Positions 1-11,320 of a stretch of DNA of 64,000 nt are shown piece after piece (the stretch's first letter is position 1; each line of letters starts with the position of its first letter). The notes beneath the pieces were generated by a model. The model was not told where the DNA came from. It was given only the letters and a program-made list of their open reading frames with translations, and searched no databases. This stretch comes from Squalus acanthias. Taxonomy: Eukaryota. Location: NCBI GenBank assembly GCA_030390025.1, contig CM059431.1:116934001-116998000 (forward strand). Direction: 5' to 3'. Made by a program: the position numbers and the translations under genes.

Positions 1-473
1 AAGCAGACATGTTCAATTCTTAGAAAGAACTACCCTGAGCAGAACAGCACAAGGTTACCAAGGTCAGATCAATCCAATGATCTGACAATCATGCTTCTGT
101 CTATTTCTCTACTATTATGAAGTAATCAATCTTGCCAAGAGTTACTTCAAACAAAGCAACTGAAGGAATCGCACTGATATGTGGATTGAAATTGTGCTCT
201 GTCATATTGGTAGGGAACATGTTAAGGTATTTAAATCAAATTCTTCTGTCCTCTACTTTAACAGACAGGTTAACCAGAGAAAGCTTTTGTTAAAATAGGG
301 TACAGAATATTTCATATAATTGCATTCATGGGTTTGTTACTAATATTACACAAGGCAGTTTCAACCCAATAGCGTCTTTACTTTCTGTTTGTTCTTCAAC
401 CTTTTCAATATCTCATCCTGATGGAAAGTTGTCAACTTGGCTCAGTTAGTGTCATTTTTGCCTATGAGTAAGA

Positions 474-1146
474 AACCCTAAGCTCTGGAATTCCCTTCCT
501 AAACCTTTCCGCTTCTCTACCTCTCTCCTTCTTTAAGACTCTCCTTGGTAGCACTCTCGCCTCTGAGTCAGAAGGTTGTGGGTTCTAGTCCCATTCTAGA
601 GACTTGAGCACAAAAATCTAGGCTGACACTCCAGTGTAGTACTGAGGGAGTCCTGCACTGCTAAAGGTACCGTCTTTCAGATGAGAAGTTAAACCTAGGC
701 CCCGTCTGCCCTCTCAGGTGGACGTAAAAGATCCAATGGCACTATTTCGAAGAAGAGCAGCGGAGTTCTCCCCGGTGTCTTGGCCAACATTTGTCCCTCA
801 ATCAACATCACTACAAAAACAGATTATCTGGACATTATCACCTTGCTGTTTGTGGGAGTTTGCTGTGCGCAAATTGGCTTCTGTGTTTCCTACATTACAA
901 CAGTGACTACACTTCAAAAGTACTTCATTGGCTGTAAAGCCCTTTGGGAATTCTCAGGTCCTGAACGGCATTACCTACATGCAAGCCTTTCTTTATTCTT
1001 TCTCCTTAAAACCTAGCTGTTTGACAAAGCTTTTGGTCACCTGTCCTAATATCTCCTTAGGTGGCTCAGTGCCAGATTTTGTTTGATAATGCTCCTGTGA
1101 AGTGTCATGGGACATTTTACTACGTTAAAGGTGCTATATAAATGCA
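474..1146 (+). mobile_element. L2 LINE 3' end fragment, interrupted by a SINE
   Basis: ccctaagctctggaattccct...aaaaccta...ttttggtcacc...gttaaaggtgctatataaatgca matches the L2 3' end at 36950-37158; split at 547-1000. Confidence 0.8.
547..1000 (+). mobile_element. tRNA-headed Deu-domain SINE (SacSINE1-like)
   Basis: tRNA-like head (ggtagcactctcgcctctgagtcagaaggttgtgggttc), shared body, (cttt)n tail; TSD tctcctt at 540-546 and 1001-1007. Confidence 0.85.
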
Positions 1147-2215
1147 CTTTTTAAATCTCATTATAACGCAAAGATAAAAAGGGGGTGCAATGAGTCTTCA
1201 GCAACAATGCTTCGCCAGCCCGTTTTAGATCCCATCCTATTTTCATTCCCATTGACTTTTTTGGTGCTATCAAAGATAAATTTCACCCCCAAATTTTTAA
1301 ATAGGCATCCCTATATTGATTCTCACAACGTCAGATGGAGTTTTATTTCAATGAAGGACTTGCTTAATGCCACTTTGACTAAGACAGGCTAGTAATTGTT
1401 TTAAAATCTATATTATTCACCGCATAATTTTGTAGTAATCAATTGCAATGACAATATCACAGAGTAGAATTTACAAATTAGCACTCCCAGCACTGAGTTT
1501 TGTGTGAAGGGAGCACATATAGGGAATTCAGGGAGGTCAGAGCATCCTGCACGATTTTACGGAATGATGGTGAATTGCAGACTTCCCGCTTGAATTCCTG
1601 AGAGGCACTCCCATTCATAAAATTACCACAATTGTTAGTGCTGAATTATGGACATTATCAGGCATCAGTGACATGGGATACAACAGGGGTTTGCATCCAT
1701 ATTGACACTTGTTGGTGACATTATAGACCAAAAACAAACACAACTCACACATCATACTCAAAAATACATGTCAAAAATAGCTGAAAAGTGATTTTGAGGT
1801 AGCAATTAAACCGTGGAATTATAACTTGCTCAAACTTGGCTCTTGTGATTTATGCTGTAGGTTTTAAAACTAGGGTCTCCGCTCCCCAGTGAGTCCATGA
1901 AAGGATCCCAGAGGGTACTTGAGGTCATCAGATGTCTGTCTCTTCATGGTAAGATGTCTGTATTTTTCTCTTTTTTGTTAACTGATAAGTGCATTATTTC
2001 CAATACTATATTCTAACAAAAAATGTTTTCTGCAATGAGAGTGCAGTTTGCCCTCAGGTAGCTAGGATAAATTTCCATAAACTCAGCTCGACAAGAGTGC
2101 AGATTGGAGTGTCAGACATAGACAGCAGTGCATAAATTGTGCTGTTCTTGGTTTCCCAGCCATTAAAATTAAGTAATTAAAATTAATGATGAGAAAATCA
2201 GAGCTGACAGAATGA

Positions 2216-2666
2216 CTTGCATTTCTATAGCGTCTTTCATGACCTCAGGACGTCTCAAAGTGCTTTACAGCCAATGAAGTACTTTTTGAAGTGTACTCAC
2301 TGTTGTAATGTAGGAAACGTGGCAGCCAATTTGCGCACAGCAAGCTCCCAGAAACAGCAATGTGATCATGACCAGATAATCTGTTTTAGTGATGTTGGTT
2401 GAGGGTTTAATATTGGCCAGGACACTAGTGATAACTCCCCTGCTCTTCTTCAAAATAATGCTATGGGATCTTTTACGTCCACCTGAGAGAGCACAGACGG
2501 GGCCTCGGTTTAACATCTCATCCGAAAGACGGCACCTCTGATGATGCAGCACTCTCTTACTACTGCACTGGGAATGTCAGGCTAGACTTTTGTGCTCAAG
2601 TCTCTGGAGTGGGACTTGAACCCACAAACTTCTGACTCAGAGGAAAGAGTGCTACCAACTGAGCCA
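2216..2666 (-). mobile_element. Deu-domain SINE, near full length
   Basis: Reverse complement of the 547-1000 family; Pol III A box (tggctcagttggt) and B box (ggttcaagtccc) on the minus strand. Confidence 0.85.
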
Positions 2667-2910
2667 TCAACCGGGAGATTTGAGGTCGGTACCTGATTCT
2701 CTGATCTGTGCTCCCATCATGCGAGTCTCCATCCTGTGAACTGAGTCTCCAAAAAAGTGCATGTCTTCTGTAATTTAGATCAGATGTCCTCAGGAGTATG
2801 TGAATATGTGGAGGGTTCCCCAATACTGAAAAGTTGGAAAACCACTGGGTTGTGTATCCATTGATTAGATCGCAACTTTGTAATTGTGTCCAAGAATCAA
2901 TTATTATATA

Positions 2911-3125
2911 AAGAAAAATCTTGCATTTACATAGCATTGTATCACATCCTCAGGATGCCACAATGAGCTTTTCACGATCAATGAATACTTTCCAACTGCA
3001 GCTACTATTGTTTTGTAGGCAAATGCAGCAGTCGATTTGCACACATCAAGATTCAACAAACAGCAAATGAGATGAATAACTGATTAACTTTTTGCTGTTG
3101 CTATTGATGGAGGAAAGACACCAAA
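2911..3125 (-). mobile_element. Degenerate SINE 3' half
   Basis: ttgcatttacatagca...atttgcacaca resembles 2216-2400. Confidence 0.55.
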
Positions 3126-3252
3126 AGAGGTTGCACGGTGTCAGCTGTGGTAGCATTCTTGCCTTTGAATCAAAATGTTGTGGGTTCAAGCTATGTTCCA
3201 GGGAGTTAAGCACATAATCTCGGCTGACACGTCAGTGTAGTACTAAGGGAGT

Positions 3253-3350
3253 AACAACAGAAAATGCTGGAAAAACTCAGCAGGCCAGGCAGCATCCGTG
3301 GAGAGAGAAACAGAGTTAACGTTTCAGGTCTGTGACCCTTCGTCAGAACT
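3253..3350 (-). mobile_element. Short Penelope-type 3' terminal fragment
   Basis: Flanked by ggagt direct repeats (3248-3252, 3351-3355); same family as 27860-27940; contains a hammerhead motif. Confidence 0.65.
3314..3350 (-). ncRNA. Minimal hammerhead ribozyme motif
   Basis: Minus strand reads AGUU-CUGACGA-A-GGGUC-aca-GACCU-GAAA-CG-UU-AACU: stem I, core, stem II, palindromic AACGUU stem III. Confidence 0.75.
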
Positions 3351-3584
3351 GGAGTGTTGTCTTTCAGATGAGACCTTAAACTGAGGCCCTGATTATTCTC
3401 TCAGTTGGATGTAAATGCTCCTATGGTACTATTTGAAGAAGAGGAGGGGAGTTCTCCTGGTCTCCTGGTTGCAAATTGGCTGGTACATTCCCTACATTAT
3501 AAGAGTGACTACATTTCAAAAAGATTTCATTGGCTGTGTCCTGAGGAAATGAAAGGCACTATATAAATACAACATTCTTTCTAA

Positions 3585-3810
3585 TCTTGCTCTTCTTCCA
3601 ATAGTGTCATGTGATCTTTTATGGTCTACGACAATAGCGGAACAGGCAGACATGGTAGGTTTAACATTCCATCCAAAGGACAGCACCTGTACTAGCATAG
3701 CAGTCTCTCTGTACTGCAGTGTAGTATCAGTCCAGTCATAAAGTGGGGTCTGAACCAACAACCACTGACTTAGAGGCGAGACTGCTACAAATTGAGTCGG
3801 GCTTACATAT
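3585..3810 (-). mobile_element. Degenerate SINE 5' half
   Basis: tttaacattccatccaaaggacagcacct...ctgacttagaggcgagactgctac resembles 2510-2660. Confidence 0.55.
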
Positions 3811-5354
3811 AAAGAAAGACTTGAAGAAACAAAGACTTATATTTACATTAACATATTTAATTTTTGTATTTGTTTCTTGTGCAATGTGTTTTTATTAATG
3901 ACAGATGATAACACTACAAGCCATTATCTACTATCTCTTGTGAGACACCCTCTTTAGACTAGATGTCGATCTATCAAAGTAACAGCCCTTGTTATTAATA
4001 CTTTAATTGAGGTTGAATGAATGCTGCTAAATATAAAGTAATGTACAATTACATATGGTGCAGTACTTTTTAGATTTAATTTGACAACGTAGGAAGCGGC
4101 CCACAGAAGCCGATTATTATTTCTCTTCAGTGACAGCTGCCAGTTCTCAGCATTACCTGTGTCAGTGTCATTTTCTTTTCGCCTCTTTCATGTTTTCTGT
4201 GGGTGTGAAAGTGTGTCAAGTAAAAAATCCTGTGAAGTTTACTGAAGCAAGATAAGTGGAAACATTCCAGAGGTGCACATATCCATTTAAATTGCAAAGT
4301 CAAACTGGTAAGATTCAGTGTAATCTTTCTCCTATGTGAGCTTTATAAGTGGTTTACATTACTGTGGCTGGACCGGGTGGATTTAAAAGCTTATCCCATT
4401 GTGGCAATTGCATCTTTTTTTCACAGCACATCGGTACAAATAATAGAACTTTAGTATTCGTGTAGAGTCTGTAAAAAAATACCCAACACAATGTGAAATT
4501 TTCAGTTGAGAATGTTTCTCTAAGGAACAACTTCTCCATAAGTTACATTGCAGATGTCATGGCAGAGTGACTGGAAATGGTAATAGGTCAAATCTTTCAA
4601 ACAGTGAGAAACAGCCTTGGAGATCTCCAGCACTCCAGGATTATATATAAGCGTAGTATAGCAAGTTCACCTTAGGCTAAATAACATCTTGGTTGGTGTA
4701 GAATTACGTCTATGGTGGCGGTAATCCTCCTACCAATATAATGGGTCACAGCTCAGAGAAAAGAGAAGATGCGTCCCCAGTGCACCAGCATCTCCTACCA
4801 GTTGAATAATGGCCCTAAGAAGGTGTCTGGTGATGAACCTATGTAGGCCGATAAATAACCATTATAGAATAGTACAGCACAGAAGGAGACCATTCAGTCC
4901 ATCGAGTCTGCACCGGCTCTTTCGAAGAGCAATCCAGTTAGTCCCACTCCCCCGCTCGTTCCCCATATCCCTGTAATTTTTTTCTCCCTCAACTATTTAT
5001 CCAATTCCCTTTTGAAGGCTACTATTGAATTTGTATCCACCACCCTATCAGGCAGTGCATTCCAAATCCTAACCACTCATTGCGTAAAAACGTTTTTCCT
5101 CATGTTGCCTCTGGTTCTTTTGTCGGTCACCTTAAATCTGTGCCCTCTCGTTATCGACCCTTCAGCCAAACAGTTTCTCATTACTTACACTATCTAAATC
5201 CGTCATGATTATAAACACCGCTATCAAATCTCCTCTTAGCTTTCTCTGCTCCAAGGAGAACAACCCCAGCTTCTCCAGTCTAACCATGTAACTGTAATCC
5301 CTCATCCCTGAAACCAATCTAGTAAATCGCTTATGTACCCTCTCCAAAGCCTTC

Positions 5355-6336
5355 TATATTAATGACTTGGATGAAGGGACCAAGTGTACTGTAGCCAAAT
5401 TTGCTGATGATGCAAAGATAGGTGGGAAAGCAAGTTGTGAGGAGGATACAAAGAGTCTGCAAAGGGATATAGATAGGTTAAGTAAGTGGGCAAAAATTTG
5501 GCAGATGGAGTATAATGTGGGAAAATGTGAGGTTATCCACTTTGGTAAGAAGAATAAAAAAGCAAATTATTATTTAAATGGGGAGAGATTACAGAATGCT
5601 GCAGTACAGAGCGATCTGGGGGTCCTCGTGCATGAAACACAAAAGGTTAGCATGCAGGTACAGCAAGTAATTAGGAAGGCAAATGGAATGTTGGCCCTTA
5701 TTGCAAAGGGGATGGAGTATAAAAGTAGGGAAATCTTGCTACAACTGTACAGGGCGCTGGTGAGACCACATCTGGAGTACTGTGTGCAGTTTTGGTCTCC
5801 TTATTTAAGGAGGGATATACTTGCATTGAAAGTAGTTCAGAGAAGGTTCACTAGGTTGATTCCTGAGATGAAGGGGTTGTCTTATGAAGAAAGATTGAGC
5901 AGGTTTGGTCTATACTCATTGGAGTTTAGAAGAATGAGAGGTGATCTTATTGAAACATATAAGCTTCTGAGGGAACTTGACAGGGTGGATGCAGGGAGGA
6001 TGTTTCCCCTCGTGGGGGAATCTAGAACTAGGGGGCATAGTTTCAGAATAAGGGGTCGCCCATTTAAAATGGAGATGAGGAGGAATTTCTTCTCTCAGAG
6101 GGTCGTGAATCTTTGGAATTCTCTACCTCAGAGAGCTATGGAAGCAGAGCCATTGAATATATTCAAGGCGGAGATAGACAGATATTTGAGCTACAGGGGA
6201 GTGAAGGGTAATGGGGAGCAGGAGGGAAAGTGGAGTTGAGGCCAATATCAGATCAGCCATGATCTTATTGAATGGTGGAGCAGGCTCGAGGGGCCAAATA
6301 GCCTACTCCTGCTCCTATTTCTTATGTTCTTATGTT
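5355..6336 (+). mobile_element. 5'-truncated CR1 LINE
   Basis: RT C-terminal ORF, CR1 3' UTR and (ttcttatg)n tail. Confidence 0.92.
5367..6239 (+). CDS. CR1 ORF2 reverse transcriptase C-terminal part (290 aa, truncated)
   Basis: KFADD, WQMEYNVGKC, LVRPHLEYCVQFWSP, RRMRGDLIETYK, FFSQRVVNLWNSLP. Confidence 0.85.
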   Translation: MDEGTKCTVAKFADDAKIGGKASCEEDTKSLQRDIDRLSKWAKIWQMEYNVGKCEVIHFGKKNKKANYYLNGERLQNAAVQSDLGVLVHETQKVSMQVQQVIRKANGMLALIAKGMEYKSREILLQLYRALVRPHLEYCVQFWSPYLRRDILALKVVQRRFTRLIPEMKGLSYEERLSRFGLYSLEFRRMRGDLIETYKLLRELDRVDAGRMFPLVGESRTRGHSFRIRGRPFKMEMRRNFFSQRVVNLWNSLPQRAMEAEPLNIFKAEIDRYLSYRGVKGNGEQEGKWS

Positions 6337-6956
6337 CATGTCCTTCATAAAGTGTGGTGCCCAGGATTGGATACAGTACTACAGCTGGGGCCGAACAAAT
6401 GTTTTATACAGGTTTAGCATGACTTCCTGGCTTTTATACTCTATGGGGTAAAAATTCAGTTGGTTGCGCCTCCCGTTAGCGCCTTAAATGGGCGCTAATG
6501 GGGCGTTAAGGCGCTAACGCCCGGGCGCAGCGCTGTTTGCGCCGCTCGAGAACTTAACTTGAGATTGTGCGGCAGCGCTAAAACTTACCGCTGCGACCAC
6601 CTGCGCGCGCAGATTGTGACGTCAGTCCGTGGTGCAACGCCCTTGGGGCGCCCCGGAGCGGAAATTGAGTGGCGCCCCCTGCCTTACCGCCTGGCGCTTC
6701 CAACGACCGGAAGACTGGAACGTTATCAATCGGTCTGGGGCTGGGGGGGACGCTATTTAAAGGGGGCCTCTTCCTGTCTTTTTCTGTGGTCGACATTTAT
6801 GCACCACTCGTTCTGAGAGAGAGAGAGAGATTCGGAGAGAGAGAGAGAGAGACTTCTACATTGACTCAACGCTTTGTGAGGTAGTTTTGCCTAGTTCATC
6901 CTAACTTTGCTGCTACTTTCGTTGCTGTACCTCATTACTTTTCTGGCAAAGAGAAG

Positions 6957-8117
6957 ATGGGGGCTGCAATGATTGGGGGCGTCGTCCTGCTCCAGCTCAA
7001 TCGGAGCAGAGTGAGACGCAGACAGAGAGTGGCAATGATGGCCAGACGGAGGAGGCCCATCAGGCGCATGTACAGGAGAGCTTACCCTCCCAGGGTATAT
7101 CGTGAACAGCTCTCCTACATCCACATGTCCGAGGAGCTGTGTTTGCGAAGGCTGCGATTCAGCAAGGAGGTGGTCACTGAGCTCTGCCACCTGCTGCAGC
7201 CAGATCTGCAGCCTCAGCTGAGGTCCAGGACGTCTCTGTCGGTGGCAGTGAAGGTCACAGTGGCCTTGAACTTCTACGCCACTGGCTCATTCCAAGCTGC
7301 TGTTGGGGACCTCGCCAATATCTCCCAGTTTGCGGTGCATCGCTGCATCCGGCAGGTCACCAATGCCCTCTTCACAAGGAGACGAGACTTCATCTCCTTC
7401 CCTATGACCCCAGACAAGCAGCATGACCGTGCTATGGGCTTTGCGAGGGTAGCGGGCTTCCCCATGGTGCAGGGCGCCATTGACTGCACGCATGTGGCTT
7501 TGCGTGCTCCGCGAGAGAATGCAGAGGAGTTCCGGAACAGAAAGGGGTTCCATTCCTTGAATGTGCAGTTGGTCTGTGACCACAGACAGGTGATTCTCGC
7601 TGTCAATGCCCACTATCCGGGCAGCTGCCACGATGCTTTCATCCTGCGCCAGAGTACTGTGGCAGAAATTTTCGAGGCACCGCATCAGCCAGTCGGTTGG
7701 CTTCTGGGGGACAAGGGGTACGCATTGAGCACCTGGCTGATGACACCGCTCCGTGCGCCAAACACCCCTGCTGAGCTGCGGTACCAGGAAAGCCAACAAG
7801 CAACGAGGAACATTATTGAGCGCACAATCGGCGTGCTCAAACAACGATTCCGCTGTCTGGACCATTCCGGAGGAGCCCTGCAGTACTCGCCTGAGCAAGT
7901 TTCCAAATTCGTAGTGGTGTGCTGCATGTTGCACAACATGGCAATCCTCAGGACGCAGCCAATGCCACCAGGCCTTGCAGCACCACAAGAGGAGGAGGAG
8001 GAAGAGGAGGAACAGGCCGAGGACGATGATCAGCAGCAGCACCAAGGCAGGAGGGCGGCCCACAATGGTCAAACTGCAAGGGCCGTCCGTCAACGACTAA
8101 TAGCAAGCCGCTTCTAG
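6957..8117 (+). CDS. Harbinger DDE transposase (HARBI1-like), intact 386 aa
   Basis: GAIDCTHV, NRKGFHSLNVQLVCD, YPGSCHDAFIL, LLGDKGY, RNIIERTIGVLKQRFRCL, CCMLHN. Confidence 0.95.
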   Translation: MGAAMIGGVVLLQLNRSRVRRRQRVAMMARRRRPIRRMYRRAYPPRVYREQLSYIHMSEELCLRRLRFSKEVVTELCHLLQPDLQPQLRSRTSLSVAVKVTVALNFYATGSFQAAVGDLANISQFAVHRCIRQVTNALFTRRRDFISFPMTPDKQHDRAMGFARVAGFPMVQGAIDCTHVALRAPRENAEEFRNRKGFHSLNVQLVCDHRQVILAVNAHYPGSCHDAFILRQSTVAEIFEAPHQPVGWLLGDKGYALSTWLMTPLRAPNTPAELRYQESQQATRNIIERTIGVLKQRFRCLDHSGGALQYSPEQVSKFVVVCCMLHNMAILRTQPMPPGLAAPQEEEEEEEEQAEDDDQQQHQGRRAAHNGQTARAVRQRLIASRF

Positions 8118-8411
8118 GGCCCCTGCCAGTGCTACAAACACGAATCAACCCAGCACGCAACCCCTAAGCCGGCCAAGGCACCAATAATTCCAACCACCAG
8201 CCATGTATATTTTGAATACAGAAACTTATTTATTGTACAAACTCTGTGTGTGTCAATTCCTCATGACAAACTCATAGAAATAAACACAAAAAAACAGTCA
8301 ATAATATAACTGGTTCTCACAACCTGGAGATAATGTCCAAAACACTAAACAAAAGTTGGGCCATGAACCTCGGCCTTTAATAAAAAAATGACCAGCATTT
8401 TGGCACACCTC

Positions 8412-10322
8412 CTACTTTTTGCCCTTCGAGGGTGATCTCCTTCCCTTGCGCACTTCCCCCCTTCTAACCCTACTGCTCCTCCGTAATGGGACCTCAGTGG
8501 CTGCAGCAAGGCTGGTGGAAGGCTGCTGCTTGTCAGACCCTGACACTGCAGATGCCCCTGAAGGCCGGCCTCGACCACTTCTGGGCCTGGAGGGCCCGGC
8601 TGCAGACTGCACCAACTCTGCATGGGCGGCAGCAGTCTGTCCTACAGGCGGTGGCAAGTGCAGTGGAGAAGTGACAGTGTTGGCAGCAGGAATGCTGTCA
8701 TCGTGAGAGAGGACAGCAACTCCCTGCTCGCCCGACACACTGGCACTCCCACGGGGCAGCACTTCAGCATCCGGAGCAATTTGCCTGAGAACAGATTGCT
8801 GGCCTGCTGCGGCGCGGTGACAGCCCCGGGGACATGTGCACGAACCATCGAGGATGGCAGCAGTCAGTGCTCGCGTGGCCTCAATCTGAGTCTGCATGAG
8901 AGCAGGCTCAGATGGGTTCCTGGCAGCCAGTGACTGAATTGCAGCAGTAAGCTTTAGTGTGGCATCCGCCTGTGCTACAGCGAAGTGCTCCACACTCCTT
9001 GCCAGTGCCTCAATGCATTCGGGCACCCTTCCCACTGCACCCATGAGCTCAGTGTGCATGACCACCGCCTGGCTGTTCATTTCTGCAATCATCCGCTCCT
9101 CCTCTGCGTCCATTGCATTAGGAGTGTCTGGCATACTCTCCCTCTGGGGAGAAGGCTCCCGTTCTTCCCTCCCCCCCCCCATGGCGTTGCTGCAGCCCGC
9201 TGGGTCCTGGAACTTCACCATCATCAGCCCCTTCCCCCCTGCTCCCCCGTTCTTCCCTCCCCCCCCCATGGCGTTGCTGCAGCCCGCTGGGTCCTGGAAC
9301 TTCACCATCATCAGCCCCTTCCCCCCTGCTCCCCTCCGGGGAAGGCGTGTTCCCAGTGTGGCCATGGGCTTCCTCGGGAGAGGGTGGCACTGATGCTCCG
9401 GCTTCCTCTTCCTCCTCAGCTGCAGCATCACTCCCAGTGGCAGCTTCAGGGACCATCTCCTCAGCTGGTGAATCACCATCTGAAAGCAGGGAGGTACAAG
9501 AGTGGCTTTAGCGTGAGGACAGGGTGGCAGTAAGGGAGGAATAAGTGCAGCGAGTTAGCAAGTTGGATTGAAAGTGTCAAAGGCTGGTATTGTGAGGGAC
9601 AAGTGGAAGGACAGAGGACAAAAAGGTGATGACCTTACCATTGCTGTCCACAACGGGGTCGGCGTCTCCAGTGGCGACGGGACCGATCACCCGGCTTGCC
9701 ACAATCCTGTGGACGCGCTCCTCCAGATCGCTGAGGGGTTGCAGCTGAAGCCGCCCTCCACCCGTCCGTTGCTGCTGTCTCCGATTATGAGCCAGCTTAG
9801 CCTGCAAGAAAAAGGACAGCATCTGAGTCAATATACAGCCATGGTCTTGCCTGATGTGCCTCCCATAGGTGAATAGCCCTTACAATATGCAGCCATGGTC
9901 TTGCCTGATGTGCCTCCCACAGGTGAATAGCCCTTACTGTATGCAAAGTGTGGAATGTGTGTGTGTGTTTGATGAAAGGGCCATAGGTGTTGGATGAGTG
10001 TTGTGCATTGGGGTTTTAAGACCCTCTGGCCATAGAGTGAGGTTGAGATGGAGGGATGGAGAGGTATTGAGAAAAAGCCACTCACCCTGACGACCCGAGT
10101 GAGGTCGTTGAACTTTTTGCGGCACTGGACATGGGTCCTGGGCACCATGCTCCTGGAGGAGACGCTCTGAGCCACCTCCCTCCACACTCTTCTGAACTCG
10201 CGTGGCAAAGGCCTCCTGCCACTCTCTGGGAACAGCATGCATCGTCTGCGCTCCACTGCGTCAACCAGAGCATCCAAGGCCCGCTCGGTGAAGCGATGAG
10301 CGCGTTCTCTCACCCTCTCCAT
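8412..10322 (-). CDS. Harbinger Myb/SANT-like DNA-binding protein, 3 exons (10322-10086, 9801-9639, 9479-8412), one homopolymer frameshift
   Basis: Exon 1 RFTERALDALV..W..VA..RTHVQCRKKFNDL; donors gtgagt and gtaagg, acceptors ttgcag and tttcag; phases 0 and 1 are compatible. Confidence 0.85.
9160..9334. repeat. 87-bp tandem duplication in Myb gene exon 3
   Basis: atggcgttgctgcagcccgctggg starts at both 9181 and 9268. Confidence 0.9.
9830..9937. repeat. 54-bp tandem duplication in Myb gene intron 1
   Basis: cagccatggtcttgcctgatgtgcctccca.aggtgaatagcccttac occurs twice. Confidence 0.9.
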
Positions 10323-11089
10323 TCTTGGCAGCAAAATGGATTACAGGTCTCTCCAGGCTGAGATTCAAGGCTGCAATGAGCAGGGTGTGGCTGGGGAGCA
10401 AGTGGCCCCCCCCGCTTTAAGAAGTGTCCGGCGCCAGTGTGTCTGTGTTACCGCGCTAACTGGCAGCAGCTGCGCTGCGCTCGTGCGCTGAGTTAGCGCC
10501 TCACTCCTAGGCCTTTGCGCCTTAAGAGAGGTGTGCAGCGCCTAATTTAGCGCTCCACTCACCTCCCGGGGCGGTAAAAGTGAAGTTTCCTGTCAGTGCC
10601 GATAATTAGCGCCAGGCGCTAATATTTGCGCACGGACGATATTTGCGCCCCAAATGGGGCGCGACCTAATTTCTACCCCTATGCCTCTATTTATAAAGTC
10701 CAGGATCCCATATGCTTTATTAACTGCTTTGTCAAGCTGTCCTGCCACCTTCAAATATTTGTGCACAAGCATCCCAGGTCTCTCTGTTCTTGCACCCCCT
10801 TTAAAATGGTACTATTTAATGTGTATGGTCTCTCCTCATTCTTCCTACCAAAATGTATCATCTCATACTTCTCTGCATTGAATTTCATCTGCCATGTGTC
10901 CGCCCATTCCACCAGCCTGTCTATGTCTTCTTGAAATTGTAGCCTGCATTACCGTGCAGGAGTTCATGCCTATCACCGTGGAAGCACAGTTACTGCCTTA
11001 CTATTAAACAGTGGGCCAAATGTCCTCCTTCTGTGCTGAAATTTTCTGTAGTACAATTGATAGCCAACACACACCAAGCATGTATATAA

Positions 11090-11320
11090 GAAAGGAGAGA
11101 TTTTTTTTACACAGCGAGTTGTTATGGCCTGGAATGCACTGTCTGAAAAAGTGGTGGCAGCAGATTCAATAGTAACTTTTAAAAAGGAATTGGATAAATA
11201 CCTGAAGGGAAAAATTTGCAGGGCTATGGGGAAAGAGCAGGGGTGTGGGACTATTTGGATAGCTTTCAATGAGCCAGCACAGGAACGATGGGCCTCCTTC
11301 TGTACTGTGTGATTCTATGT
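11090..11320 (+). mobile_element. CR1 3' end fragment
   Basis: WNALSEKVVAADSIVTFKKELDKYL and 3' UTR ending ctgtactgtgtgattctatg. Confidence 0.8.

Larger units (their letters stand above)
3140..3585 (+). mobile_element. Degenerate Deu-domain SINE carrying a 98-bp insertion
   Basis: Head, body and tail match the SINE family; interrupted at 3253-3350. Confidence 0.75.
6445..10679 (+). mobile_element. Full-length PIF/Harbinger DNA transposon with two convergent genes
   Basis: TIRs ggggtaaaaatt / aatttctacccc; 3-bp TSD tat (6442-6444, 10680-10682); transposase plus Myb/SANT gene. Confidence 0.95.
4864..10935 (-). mobile_element. CR1 LINE 3' portion in three pieces (4864-5354, 6337-6444, 10680-10935)
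   Basis: ORF 5162-5347 has ERVHKRFTRLV..LEKLGLFSLEQRKLRGDLI; the sequence resumes after each of two nested insertions. Confidence 0.8.

Noticed and set aside
2595..2666. tRNA gene
   Set aside because: tRNA-derived SINE head continuous with the SINE body; repeated several times in the window.
7287..8093. 268-aa antisense ORF
   Set aside because: Shadow of the GC-rich transposase; no motifs.
6957..8117. Host HARBI1 gene
   Set aside because: Bounded by TIRs and a TSD and inserted in a LINE, so it is a transposon copy.
8412..9479. 355-aa ORF as a stand-alone gene
   Set aside because: It is exon 3 of the Myb gene; its first third is read in the wrong frame.
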